From assembly GCA_029264305.1 (NCBI GenBank), contig JARICA010000021.1, positions 35,866 to 99,865 of the forward strand: a stretch of 64,000 bases of DNA, written 5' to 3'. Source of the DNA: Faecalimonas sp. (lineage in GTDB: Bacteria; Bacillota; Clostridia; Lachnospirales; Lachnospiraceae). Both the position numbers and the translations under genes were made by a program. This document shows, in pieces, positions 39,314-49,278 of the stretch (position 1 is its first letter; each line of letters begins with the position of its first letter). The notes under the pieces are model-generated. The model saw nothing but the letters and a program-made list of their open reading frames with translations. It was not told the DNA's origin and searched no databases.

Positions 39314-41029
39314 ATGGATGTTTATAAAGCAAGGCAAGATTTAAGGGTAAAGAGAATACAAGATTTAAAGATGAGAGTTGTTCATTACGACAGAGTAAGT
39401 ACTGATAAAGAGGAACAAAAATCATCCATTGTAAATCAAAATCTTTATAGTGAAGAGATTATTAAAAGTAATCCAAACTGGATATATGCTGGAAGGTATG
39501 TCGATGATGCTGTGTCCGGGTTATCTGTTGAGAAACGAGAAGGATTTAATACAATGATTGAGGATGCAAAGCGTGGAAAATTTGATTTTATCATTACAAA
39601 AGAAGTCCCTCGTTTTGCTCGTAATACATTAGATAGTATTCGCTATTCCCGTGAATTATTAAATTATGGAGTTGGAATATGGTTTATCAATAACAATATT
39701 GTCACTTTGTCTGAAGACTCTGAATTTCTTCTTACAATCATGGCAGGACAAGCTCAAGATGAATCTAGAAGAATTTCGTCACGAGTAAAGACTGGACATA
39801 GAATCTCCATAAAGCGCGGTCATGTATTAGGAACAGATAATATGTATGGGTACAAAAAGCGAAACTGTACTCTAACGATTGATGAAACAACTGCAGATGC
39901 GGTCCGTTATATTTTTGAGCAATATGCTACAGGTAATTCAAGCACAAATCGACTGTCGAAGGAATTGTTTGATATGGGATATAAAAACCGTTATGGTGGA
40001 CCAATCTCTTCAAAAACGATTCAAAATATTATTCGGAATGCCAAATATAAAGGATATTTTTGTGGAGGAAAAGTTGTTATAGAAGATATGTTTACTAAAA
40101 AACAACGCTTTATTCCAGAAGAAGAATGGGTTACTTATAAAGATACAGAAGGAACTACCGTTCCTGCCATTGTAAGCGAAGAAATATGGAATGCAGCCAA
40201 TAAAGTACTGAATAAACGTAAAGAAAAACTTTTTGGCTCTCAAAAAACTTCATTTAAATACGAAAATCTTTTTACAGGTAAAATAATCTGTGCTAATGAT
40301 GGGGCAACTTATTGGTTGCGATCAAGAGGGAAAAAGAGCAATCGCTATGATCTTTCGTGGGAATGCTCCGTACGAAAAACAAAGGGAGCTTCATCGTGTG
40401 ACTCGTTTAATATTAAGGAATCAGAATTGATTGAACTTACACGAGAAATTATTAATGAAAAAATTGGAAATGTTTATTCTGTTGTGGAAGATTATATTTC
40501 TCTTTTAAAAGGAATACTGAATAATACTGATTATGAAAAAGAAATTATAAAACTAAAGAAAGCATTAGAACAGATTAAACGAAAAAGGAATAAAATATTA
40601 GATCATAATTTAAACGGAAGATTATCTGATGATGATTTTTATGAAAAAGATGTTGAATTTAAAAAGGAAGAAGATGTACTAAAACAACGATTATCTGAAT
40701 TTGAAAACCAGACGGTAAAAGATGAATTCCATGACATTGCAAATAAAATTCGAAAAAAGGTTTTAGTATTTGGAGAAGTAGCAGCCGATGAGATTGACAA
40801 GCAAACAATTGATTTACTTTTTGATAAAATATATGCTAAAAAAGTAGATGATACAAAAATGGAACTAATATTCAAGATGAACATTGGATATGATATCACC
40901 AAATTTTATGAAAAGCGTTCTGCTCATCAAAAGAAGCAAGCGCTTAAAAATAAGTCTAATATGTGTCGTTCGGATACTATGTTAAAAAAAATGATTGAAG
41001 AACAAGAAAAACAGATGGCCGGTAAATAA
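39314..41029 (+). CDS. Large serine recombinase (integrase)
   Basis: YDRVST catalytic Ser, YVDDAVSG, RFARNTLD, recombinase domain (YGY, YKG), Zn-ribbon-like CAND...WEC...C, coiled coil. Confidence 0.92.
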   Translation: MDVYKARQDLRVKRIQDLKMRVVHYDRVSTDKEEQKSSIVNQNLYSEEIIKSNPNWIYAGRYVDDAVSGLSVEKREGFNTMIEDAKRGKFDFIITKEVPRFARNTLDSIRYSRELLNYGVGIWFINNNIVTLSEDSEFLLTIMAGQAQDESRRISSRVKTGHRISIKRGHVLGTDNMYGYKKRNCTLTIDETTADAVRYIFEQYATGNSSTNRLSKELFDMGYKNRYGGPISSKTIQNIIRNAKYKGYFCGGKVVIEDMFTKKQRFIPEEEWVTYKDTEGTTVPAIVSEEIWNAANKVLNKRKEKLFGSQKTSFKYENLFTGKIICANDGATYWLRSRGKKSNRYDLSWECSVRKTKGASSCDSFNIKESELIELTREIINEKIGNVYSVVEDYISLLKGILNNTDYEKEIIKLKKALEQIKRKRNKILDHNLNGRLSDDDFYEKDVEFKKEEDVLKQRLSEFENQTVKDEFHDIANKIRKKVLVFGEVAADEIDKQTIDLLFDKIYAKKVDDTKMELIFKMNIGYDITKFYEKRSAHQKKQALKNKSNMCRSDTMLKKMIEEQEKQMAGK

Positions 41030-41053
41030 AAGTCAAATGTTTCGTTAATGAAG

Positions 41054-41087
41054 AATCTGCTGGTGATAAAAAGCCAGCAGATTTTTA
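41054..41087 (+). terminator. Intrinsic terminator after the recombinase
   Basis: AATCTGCTGG-N10-CCAGCAGATT plus T run. Confidence 0.8.
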
Positions 41088-41156
41088 TATGTTTTGATAT
41101 ATTAAAAGATAATGTTTATGATAAATCAATTTTAAGCAATGTTAGTTTTTGTTGCT

Positions 41157-41182
41157 TGTATATTTATTGTACATAATATACA
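41157..41182. promoter_or_regulatory. Candidate XRE operator
   Basis: TGTATATT-N10-AATATACA perfect inverted repeat about 50 bp upstream of the XRE gene. Confidence 0.4.
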
Positions 41183-41229
41183 GTGAAGATGGTATCGATA
41201 CAAAAAATTGAAAATAAGAAGGTGAAGAT

Positions 41230-42111
41230 ATGATTAGTGAAAATATTAAAAAATATCGAAAGAAAAAAGGAATGAGTCAGGAAGAATTGGCTGTTAAACT
41301 TCATGTGGTACGTCAAACAGTGTCGAAATGGGAAAAATCTTTATCTGTTCCAGATGCAGAAGTGTTGGTGCGAATGGCCTCGTTATTGGATGTGCCAATT
41401 AGTTCGCTTTTGGGAGTTGAATTTGAAGACGAAAATGTACATAGATTGACAGACGAACTTGCACGATTAAATGAGCAAATTGTAGAAATGCAACATGAAC
41501 AAATTCTTCGAAAAAGAGCAGGAGAAAAAAGGGGAATAATAATATTTTTATCATTTTTAGCAATGTTCATTAATTTAAGTATAAAAAGACCTGAGATATC
41601 TATTTTACTATCTGGATTTTGTATTATAATAGCAGTTATTATTTTGTATAGAAACTTAACATTATTGACAAGGGAAACGACAACAAATATGAAACTAAAA
41701 ATATTACGGTTAACAACAATTTTTAATTTGACGATAGTGATAGTTTCGATTTTTGGGTCGATGTTTATTTTGTTAAGTGATGACATGTTTTTAGAATATC
41801 AAGAAAAAATATTTGCTATAGTATTGATTACTTCCATAATCATTTTTGTTGGAATAATTTCCCCTAAGCTTCCGTTTACAAGGCATACAGGATTAAGATT
41901 ACCATGGACGATCCGAGATGAAGATACATGGAATGTGGCACATAAAATAATAGGAATTATATCTCTTCCAATAGCTTGTTTATATGTTGGTTGCTCGTTG
42001 ACAATAGAAAATTTTAAAATAGTGACACTAATTGCCGTTATGTTGTGGATTGGTATTCCAGCATTTATTTCGTATTGTTTTTATATAAAGAAAATGTATT
42101 ATAAATATTAA
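41230..42111 (+). CDS. XRE HTH regulator fused to an SdpI-like membrane immunity domain
   Basis: MSQEELAVKLHVVRQTVSKWE HTH; C-terminal TMs with TGLRLPWTIRDEDTWNVAH. Confidence 0.8.
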   Translation: MISENIKKYRKKKGMSQEELAVKLHVVRQTVSKWEKSLSVPDAEVLVRMASLLDVPISSLLGVEFEDENVHRLTDELARLNEQIVEMQHEQILRKRAGEKRGIIIFLSFLAMFINLSIKRPEISILLSGFCIIIAVIILYRNLTLLTRETTTNMKLKILRLTTIFNLTIVIVSIFGSMFILLSDDMFLEYQEKIFAIVLITSIIIFVGIISPKLPFTRHTGLRLPWTIRDEDTWNVAHKIIGIISLPIACLYVGCSLTIENFKIVTLIAVMLWIGIPAFISYCFYIKKMYYKY

Positions 42112-42258
42112 AAATAAATGTATAAACTCTGCTTGAATTTTATTTGGAGCTTAATAAATATAATAAAGTGATAGAAAATATTTGTTGATTTTGCATGATA
42201 TTTTATCTGTACGATTAGAAAAAATAGTGCAAAATGATTGTGTTTTGAGAGCGAAAGA

Positions 42259-42287
42259 TTGACAAAATTAAAACGCTATGATATTGT
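42259..42287 (+). promoter_or_regulatory. sigmaA promoter of the lipoprotein/ABC cassette
   Basis: TTGACA-17 bp-TATTGT with TG extension. Confidence 0.55.
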
Positions 42288-42400
42288 AATTATACAAATA
42301 TATGTGTATATTTTGATATCTATATCAGTGGTGAAAATATGTATCTCATATTATTTAGACGATGGTTATATAAGTCAGTTTAAAGAATTACTAGAAATCA

Positions 42401-42446
42401 AAGAAAGAGTGCCAGTGAAATCTAGATTTCACTGGCACTCTTTCTT
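42401..42446. repeat. Perfect 46-bp palindrome with no spacer
   Basis: AAGAAAGAGTGCCAGTGAAATCT|AGATTTCACTGGCACTCTTTCTT; the halves are exact reverse complements. Confidence 0.95.
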
Positions 42447-42462
42447 ATAGAATGGAGGAACT

Positions 42463-43971
42463 ATGAAAAAGAAAAAAATTAATAAAAATTATTTTTTAGC
42501 AACAATAATGTTGATTTTGTTTGGGATATTTTTGAGTGGGTGTTCCTCAAAAAAGAAAGAAATTGTGTGGTATATTTCTGATCCTGAGTCCTATGGCGTG
42601 AAAGAAGCAAAAGCGTATCAGGAAATAAAGTCAGAACGATTTCAATTATTTAATGAACGTTTAGAAGAACTAAATATATCTGCAAAGGTAGTTTTTAAAT
42701 ATATGCCTAATAGATATGAAGCAAAGGAAGAAGATTTTGATAGTAGGGATTTGAGCAAAAAAGAATTTTTGTTTCAGACAAAGATGATAGAAAATTTGAT
42801 AAGTAAAGATAGTGATGCAGACATCGTTAATTTTTCACCATTGGAGTATGATAAATTTTTGAATCTTAATGAGTATTTAAAGAAAGAAGAAAATCAAAAA
42901 GTTCTTAAGGTTATTCCAGAATCTATTTGGAAGGTAAATGCAATTAACAAAAAAACATATCAAATACCTAGAGGAAATGTAACTGTGTCGCAATTAACAT
43001 GTATGTTTTATAAACCGTTTTTAGAAAAATATCATATAAATTTAGAGGAAGAAAAGATAAAAAATATGACTCCAGAGGAAATTATTGCATTTTTTGAACC
43101 GTATTTTGAAAAAGAACGCCTTTTGGATGATAAATATTATTTGACTTCAGCTTCTGATTTACAATATAGTGGATACTTTCAAAATAGATATATTCCAGTT
43201 ATAGGAAATTCTAGAGATTGTAATTTGGCAGTTGACATAAAAGAAAAGAAGATAGTTAATTTATTAGATACACCAGAAATGAAACAGATGTTGAAAATCA
43301 ATCACATGATTTACACGAAAAATTTAGATGCCCATATAGAACGTCAATATAAAAATGGAAATCCAATATTTTGTATAACAGATATACCAACAATACAAGA
43401 ACTGACACAAGAGCGAGAAAAGAAATGGCTGGAGATAACATTAGGAGACAAGAGACTGAAATCGTCATTTGGAAATGGAGTTTTGAAAAATAGTGATGCA
43501 AAAGAATTAGCAGTTCATGTGTTAACAGCATCCATGTACGATGAACAATTGTCTAATATTATGATTTATGGAGTTCCAGATAAAGATTATCGCTTAGAAA
43601 ATGAGCATGCTATTTATCAAGATAGACAAATAACGTTATCATCTATGGGAAGTTTTAAGAGTATTGGGAATAATAGGATTGCATACCCAAATGAGTTAGA
43701 AGTGAAAGAAAAAAGAAAGATAACAGAAAAATTACTGAAACAAACTAGAGTTTATCCATATAGCAATTTTACTCCTGTGTTAGATAAAAATCTTTCTAAA
43801 AAGTTAGCAGAAATTATGCGGATTTATAATGATATAGAAAGCAAGACAGAATTTGAAGAGATACCTAATTTTGAAGAATTTATACAGGAACAGGAACAGA
43901 AATTGAAAGAAAAGGGAGTAGAACAAGTTGTTTTGCATTTACAAAAACAGTTGGAAGATTGGAAGGAGTAA
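42463..43971 (+). CDS. Lipoprotein, solute-binding-protein-like with DUF3502-type C-terminus
   Basis: Lipobox FLSGC; C-terminal KLKEKGVEQVVLHLQKQLEDWKE; YGVPDKDY. Confidence 0.65.
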   Translation: MKKKKINKNYFLATIMLILFGIFLSGCSSKKKEIVWYISDPESYGVKEAKAYQEIKSERFQLFNERLEELNISAKVVFKYMPNRYEAKEEDFDSRDLSKKEFLFQTKMIENLISKDSDADIVNFSPLEYDKFLNLNEYLKKEENQKVLKVIPESIWKVNAINKKTYQIPRGNVTVSQLTCMFYKPFLEKYHINLEEEKIKNMTPEEIIAFFEPYFEKERLLDDKYYLTSASDLQYSGYFQNRYIPVIGNSRDCNLAVDIKEKKIVNLLDTPEMKQMLKINHMIYTKNLDAHIERQYKNGNPIFCITDIPTIQELTQEREKKWLEITLGDKRLKSSFGNGVLKNSDAKELAVHVLTASMYDEQLSNIMIYGVPDKDYRLENEHAIYQDRQITLSSMGSFKSIGNNRIAYPNELEVKEKRKITEKLLKQTRVYPYSNFTPVLDKNLSKKLAEIMRIYNDIESKTEFEEIPNFEEFIQEQEQKLKEKGVEQVVLHLQKQLEDWKE

Positions 43972-43975
43972 TAAA

Positions 43976-44848
43976 ATGCAACTAGAAATAAAAAATCTTG
44001 GAAAATGTTATGGAGAAAAAGAAGCGTTAAAACAATTGAATTTACAACTTTCCCCAGGAATATATGGACTTTTAGGACCGAATGGAGCTGGCAAGAGCAC
44101 CTTTATGAAGTTGATTTGTATGCTTATAGAACCTACAACAGGAACTATATTGTTTGATGGGAAAGATATTCGAACAGACAGAAAAAATTTTTTGAAATTG
44201 TTAGGATATATGCCGCAGCAACATTGTTTGTATTCTGAATTTGGAGTAGAAGAATACTTACATTATGTTGGTGCCTTGAAAGGAATGGATAAGAAGAAAG
44301 TACAAGAATCTTCTTTGAGTCTGTTAAAAAAGGTACGCCTTTGGGATGTGAGAACACAGAAGATTCGGACTTTATCAGGAGGAATGCAACAAAGACTTAT
44401 GTTTGCTCAAGCATTACTAGATGATCCCAAGGTATTGATTTTAGATGAACCTACAGCGGGACTTGATCCGAAAAAGAGAATTGAAATGAGAAATCTAATT
44501 GCAGAGTGTGCAAAAGATAAAATCATTTTAATAGCCACTCATGTGGTAAGTGATGTGGAACTGATTGCTGATAAAATGTTGCTTTTAAATAAAGGAAAAC
44601 TTTTGGCAGAAAGTAGTGCGTTGGAACTTACAGAAAGTTTATGTGGAAAAGTTTGCGAGTTGGAAGCAAAGGAAGAATTGGAGATATTGGAGAAAAAATA
44701 TCGAATTAGTAGTATGTATCGAAGAGAAGGAAAAATTTACGCTAAAATTTTATTAAAACCAGGAGAAGAACGACCAGAACAAGCGGTTGATGTGTATCCT
44801 GATTTGGAAGATGTATATTTATATTACTTTAGTGCCAAAGAAGAGTAA
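43976..44848 (+). CDS. ABC transporter ATP-binding protein (exporter type)
   Basis: GPNGAGKST, LSGGMQQR, LDEPTAGLDP, ATH. Confidence 0.92.
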   Translation: MQLEIKNLGKCYGEKEALKQLNLQLSPGIYGLLGPNGAGKSTFMKLICMLIEPTTGTILFDGKDIRTDRKNFLKLLGYMPQQHCLYSEFGVEEYLHYVGALKGMDKKKVQESSLSLLKKVRLWDVRTQKIRTLSGGMQQRLMFAQALLDDPKVLILDEPTAGLDPKKRIEMRNLIAECAKDKIILIATHVVSDVELIADKMLLLNKGKLLAESSALELTESLCGKVCELEAKEELEILEKKYRISSMYRREGKIYAKILLKPGEERPEQAVDVYPDLEDVYLYYFSAKEE

Positions 44849-44860
44849 AGGGAAAACAAG

Positions 44861-46987
44861 ATGGTGAAGTTAATTTTATATGAATGGGAAAAACTATGGA
44901 AAAATGCGTCGGTTTTGAAAATTGTATTTTTGTTTTTAGTTCTTTCGGGGATAGTGTTTCAAGGAGAATTAAATCGTGATAAAGAAGAACATCAGCCTTA
45001 TCTAGAATTCCATAAAGCTATGGATAATATGACAGAAGAAGAAGCTATACATTACTTGCGGAAAGAAAAAGAAAGAAGTGGTTATGAACAATATAAAGCA
45101 ATTTCATATTTAGAAGATGAGATATCAACTATAAATGGATATGAAGCATATCGAAAATCTATTCAGACTAGATATAAACAAAATCAAAGTATTTCTGTTT
45201 TTTCAAAAAATAAAGAACAGAATCAATATATGGAACGTATAGCAAAAAAATATGAGAATCTTAAAATTAAAGCACCAATGAAGCGTCAACCATATCAAGG
45301 TTTTTTGAAAGTTGTAGATTTCTATGTGCATTATATTTTGGCTATTGTTTTGCTGATTTACCTTGTAAGTGTTGTGTTTATACAGGAACAACGAAATGGA
45401 AAAGCAGACTTTGCGCGTACAATGTTTCGGGGGGATAAGTCATTGTTTATTGCGAAAAGTTGTACGGTATATGGAGCATTATTACTTTATTTATTAGGAA
45501 CATTTTTAATTCACATTGGGTTGGCAGGTAGAGAATATGGTTTTATTTCTATAGATGCAGCAATACAAAGTGTGCCAGGATTTTATTCTGTTCCATATGC
45601 TTGGAATATAGGTACATATGTTATTGCTTATATAGGATTACAAGGACTTGCAGCATTTCTTCTTGTAGCAATTGCCATATTTTTAGCTAGATGGTCTACA
45701 TCGGAATTAAAGACAACATTAGGATTGACGATTATTATGGGGTGGAGTGTATTTAGTCAAAATACAATGAATGGGGAAGGAATTGAATCGTTTTTTAGGA
45801 TATGGAATATTTGGGGATCTTTTACAGGCGAATCTATATTGAAAAATTATGAAATTCTTAAAATTGGGAATATCTTTATTGAGCAGAGTTTATGGATACC
45901 AATATGTATTATTCTCTCTATTTTTTTATTGCTAGTAAGCGGAAAACATTGTCCAAAAGAAAGAAAAAAGACATATTTTCGTAAAGAAAAAAGAAAAAAG
46001 AATCCACATGGATTGTTTTATTATGAGATGAAAAAAATGTGGATTTATCAGGGGGGCATCTTTTTGTTTGTTGCATGTATGGGTATACAGGCAATAACAA
46101 TTTATCAATATAAAACTTATATAGGAACAGATGAAGTTTATTATCAGAAATATATAGATGAATTTGGAAACAGAATTACAACAGAAACGGAAAACAAAAT
46201 TGCTGCAGAGAAAATACGTTTGAAAAATTTAGAAAATGAATTGAATCAAACTGAGGATCCTATCAAAATGGATAACCTTACACAGCAACTTGAATGTGTA
46301 GGAGGATTTCATAAATATGTAGAGCGAATTGAAAATTTACTAGAAGATGAAAAGATTCAATTAATATTGAAAGATAGACAATATGATCTGTTATTTGAAA
46401 ACACAGTAGTATCACGAATGATGATCATTTTGTTATGTGTTTCCTTTGCCTTTTTGATTCCAGTTATATATCAGAAAGAAAAAGAAACAGGAATGGAAGT
46501 ACTGCAGGACACGTCTTGGACTGGTGGTAAAAAAATATGGAGATTAAAAATTGGAATAGTTCTTTTGTACAGTATTCCTTTTATACTTTGCAGTGAAGGA
46601 ATGGTGGTTGCAAAGGAAAACTATATGTATGATTTGGAATGGTTTGCTCCGGTAGGATGTCTACCACAATATTGGGAGAATCATGGAAAAACTTCTATAG
46701 GAGTTGCCTTTTTGATAGGGTTTATAATTCAATGCATTGTAGTAAGTATTATTGTTATGTTTTTATCAGCTTGTGCGAAAAAGGTGAGAAATCAGCACAT
46801 GTTAACTGGAATTATTTTGGGGTTGACGGTAGTGCCTGTAATATTATCTTCGCATGTGCCTGTAGCAGTACTTAGTTGGGGCTATAATTTGATTTTTGTG
46901 TTTACTGCACAGTTTAAAATAGTAATAGCAGGTTGTGGTATTTTGGGAATAGTTACATATCTAATAAGAAGAAAGGAGAATAGATGA
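44861..46987 (+). CDS. Large ABC-2-like permease with internal duplication
   Basis: Two halves beginning LILYEWEKLW and LFYYEMKKMW, each with an extracellular loop and xEx(x)G motif (QEQRNG / KEKETG). Confidence 0.7.
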   Translation: MVKLILYEWEKLWKNASVLKIVFLFLVLSGIVFQGELNRDKEEHQPYLEFHKAMDNMTEEEAIHYLRKEKERSGYEQYKAISYLEDEISTINGYEAYRKSIQTRYKQNQSISVFSKNKEQNQYMERIAKKYENLKIKAPMKRQPYQGFLKVVDFYVHYILAIVLLIYLVSVVFIQEQRNGKADFARTMFRGDKSLFIAKSCTVYGALLLYLLGTFLIHIGLAGREYGFISIDAAIQSVPGFYSVPYAWNIGTYVIAYIGLQGLAAFLLVAIAIFLARWSTSELKTTLGLTIIMGWSVFSQNTMNGEGIESFFRIWNIWGSFTGESILKNYEILKIGNIFIEQSLWIPICIILSIFLLLVSGKHCPKERKKTYFRKEKRKKNPHGLFYYEMKKMWIYQGGIFLFVACMGIQAITIYQYKTYIGTDEVYYQKYIDEFGNRITTETENKIAAEKIRLKNLENELNQTEDPIKMDNLTQQLECVGGFHKYVERIENLLEDEKIQLILKDRQYDLLFENTVVSRMMIILLCVSFAFLIPVIYQKEKETGMEVLQDTSWTGGKKIWRLKIGIVLLYSIPFILCSEGMVVAKENYMYDLEWFAPVGCLPQYWENHGKTSIGVAFLIGFIIQCIVVSIIVMFLSACAKKVRNQHMLTGIILGLTVVPVILSSHVPVAVLSWGYNLIFVFTAQFKIVIAGCGILGIVTYLIRRKENR

Positions 46988-48114
46988 TGAAAAAGAGAAA
47001 ACTTATAGTAGTCTTTTTTCTACTTGTATGTTTAACGCTGACAGCATGTGGAAAGGATGAAGGTACAAAAGAAAAAACAGAGAAAGACAGATTTCAAGAT
47101 GAACAAGAATATTTAGTTATGGCAAATCTAACCGAATCTAATAATGGTATATATGGAGTCAAATGGGAAGGAGAATATACACCTATCTTTTTTGTAGACA
47201 AAAACACAGGGAAAAAGACGGTGCTTTGTCAAAAGGTTAACTGTAAACATGATTCTGAAAAGTGCCCAGCAGTTGAAAAAGGAACTGTGGGATGCATGGC
47301 GTATTCGGATGGAATGGTATATTTTATAGTGCAAAAAGAAGAGGAAGATTTGAAATTGGAATTATATTCTATGAAAGAAGATGGTAGTGGAAAGAAAAAA
47401 CTACATACATTTGAAAATGCTCAAGTTTTTCCAAATCAAGCTGGATTATATAAAGGAAAAGTTATATTATCGGTTCAGACGCAAAAGGAACTAGAAGATG
47501 GAAGTGGTTTAACTACAGCAGAACCATCGATTGTATTGTATGATTTAAAAACAAAAAAGGAAACTATTTTGCTAAATGGAGCAGAGAATGAGGGGAAATA
47601 TACAGTTCCATGCGGAGGCAGTGGAAATGCTATATATTTGGCCCAAGTACCTTGGGAAGAATCAGGACATAATCTAGAATGTGATTATTTGAGATATGAT
47701 TTTAAAACTGGCAATTTAGATAAAGTCTATACAGCGAAAGTATGTGATATGCAAATTATTAAAAATGATATACTCTATTTGCAGTCCGAAGGAAAAAAAC
47801 AGTTGGAGAATTATAATATAAAAACACAGGAAAAAAAGGTTGTGTTGAAATGGAAAGATGATATAGATGAAGTTTGGGCAAGGGAAGATCATGTTGAATT
47901 TCGTAAAAATGTGAAGAATGGTGACAAAAAAAAGATATACGGTAATTGGTATGATTTTGAGGAAAAAAAATATTTGTTTGATGAGTATCAAGATTTAGAT
48001 AAAGTTAGCGTGAAAGACAAAACGGAGAATGGATATTGGATTTACAAGGAAGGAGAACCTTATTTTTATCATTTAAAAGATAAAAACTGGCAAAAAATTG
48101 AAGAAATAAAATAA
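46984..48114 (+). CDS. Lipoprotein of unknown function (possible beta-propeller)
   Basis: Lipobox LTAC; LCQKVNCKHDSEKC; repeated beta-strand/DG-rich segments. Confidence 0.65.
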   Translation: MMKKRKLIVVFFLLVCLTLTACGKDEGTKEKTEKDRFQDEQEYLVMANLTESNNGIYGVKWEGEYTPIFFVDKNTGKKTVLCQKVNCKHDSEKCPAVEKGTVGCMAYSDGMVYFIVQKEEEDLKLELYSMKEDGSGKKKLHTFENAQVFPNQAGLYKGKVILSVQTQKELEDGSGLTTAEPSIVLYDLKTKKETILLNGAENEGKYTVPCGGSGNAIYLAQVPWEESGHNLECDYLRYDFKTGNLDKVYTAKVCDMQIIKNDILYLQSEGKKQLENYNIKTQEKKVVLKWKDDIDEVWAREDHVEFRKNVKNGDKKKIYGNWYDFEEKKYLFDEYQDLDKVSVKDKTENGYWIYKEGEPYFYHLKDKNWQKIEEIK

Positions 48115-48150
48115 ATCAAAAAGTGTATAACATAGGTTTTAAGTCAATAT

Positions 48151-48179
48151 TTGACATTTGACCATTAACTAATTATAAT
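48151..48179 (+). promoter_or_regulatory. Consensus sigmaA promoter of rsmD-coaD
   Basis: TTGACA-17 bp-TATAAT. Confidence 0.8.
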
Positions 48180-48222
48180 AAACGAGGAAAAGATTATTAT
48201 CTCTTAAAGAAAGGGAAAATAT

Positions 48223-48792
48223 ATGAGAGTTATAGGTGGAAGTGCAAAAAGATTACAGTTAAAAACATTAGAAGGCTTGGAAACTAGACCGACAACAGAC
48301 AGGATTAAGGAGACATTGTTTAATATGATTTCTCCATATTTGTGTGACTGTATGTTTTTGGATTTGTTTAGTGGTAGTGGTGGCATAGGAATTGAAGCAT
48401 TGAGTAGGGGAGCTAAAGAAGTTACTTTTGTTGAAAATAATCCAAAAGCCATGCAATACATAAAAGCAAATTTAAAGTTTACAAAGCTAGATAAGAATGC
48501 AGTTACAATGCAGACAGATGCAATAACCGCCTTGAGAAAAATGGAAGGGACAACTCAGTTTGACTATATTTTTATGGATCCACCATATGCGAAAGGCTTG
48601 GAGAAACAGGTTTTAGAATATTTAGCAGAATCGGATTTGGTAAATGAGGGTACAGTCATTATTGTAGAGGCAGCGAAAGAAACAGAATTTACCTATTTGG
48701 AACAATTTGGTTTTTATGTTAGCAAAATAAAAGAATATAAGACAAATAAACACCTGTTTATTGAAAGAGAGCGAGGCGAAGAAGTGTGCTAA
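48223..48792 (+). CDS. rsmD: 16S rRNA m2G966 methyltransferase
   Basis: [38 protein letters not shown]. Confidence 0.95.
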   Translation: MRVIGGSAKRLQLKTLEGLETRPTTDRIKETLFNMISPYLCDCMFLDLFSGSGGIGIEALSRGAKEVTFVENNPKAMQYIKANLKFTKLDKNAVTMQTDAITALRKMEGTTQFDYIFMDPPYAKGLEKQVLEYLAESDLVNEGTVIIVEAAKETEFTYLEQFGFYVSKIKEYKTNKHLFIERERGEEVC

Positions 48793-49262
48793 GAGCAATT
48801 TATCCTGGAAGCTTTGATCCAGTCACTTTGGGACATATGGATATAATTAAACGTTCCTCCAAAATTGTAGATGAGTTAATTGTAGGAGTGTTAAAGAATA
48901 ACGCAAAAACTCCGTTGTTTTCTGTAGAAGAACGTGTTAAAATGTTGAAAGAAGCAACGAAAGAATTTGAAAATATTAAAGTAGTAGAGTTTGAAGGGCT
49001 TTTAGTTGATTTTGCAAAAGCGATGGATGCAAAAGTGGTTATTAGAGGGCTACGTGCTATCACTGATTTTGAATATGAATTACAAATGACACAAACAAAT
49101 CATAAATTAGAACCAGATGTGGAAACACTTTTTTTGACGACAAGTATAGAATATTCTTTCTTGAGTTCCACGACAGTAAAGGAAGTTTCTGCTTTTGGAG
49201 GAGATATTACCCAATTTGTCCCTAAAGTGGTTGTAAAAGCAATAGAAGAAAAGATGAAGTAA
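48786..49262 (+). CDS. coaD: Phosphopantetheine adenylyltransferase
   Basis: [29 protein letters not shown]. Confidence 0.97.
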   Translation: MLRAIYPGSFDPVTLGHMDIIKRSSKIVDELIVGVLKNNAKTPLFSVEERVKMLKEATKEFENIKVVEFEGLLVDFAKAMDAKVVIRGLRAITDFEYELQMTQTNHKLEPDVETLFLTTSIEYSFLSSTTVKEVSAFGGDITQFVPKVVVKAIEEKMK

Positions 49263-49278
49263 AAGGAGAGTATAAATT

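Noticed and set aside
42238-42450. 70-aa ORF from the track
   Set aside because: No RBS; it overlaps the promoter and runs through the palindrome.
41030-48165. Short matches (aagtcaa; gtcaaatgt inverted) at about 41031 and 48141-48162 as att sites
   Set aside because: Only 7-9 bp in AT-rich DNA, and the right copy overlaps the rsmD promoter; expected by chance.
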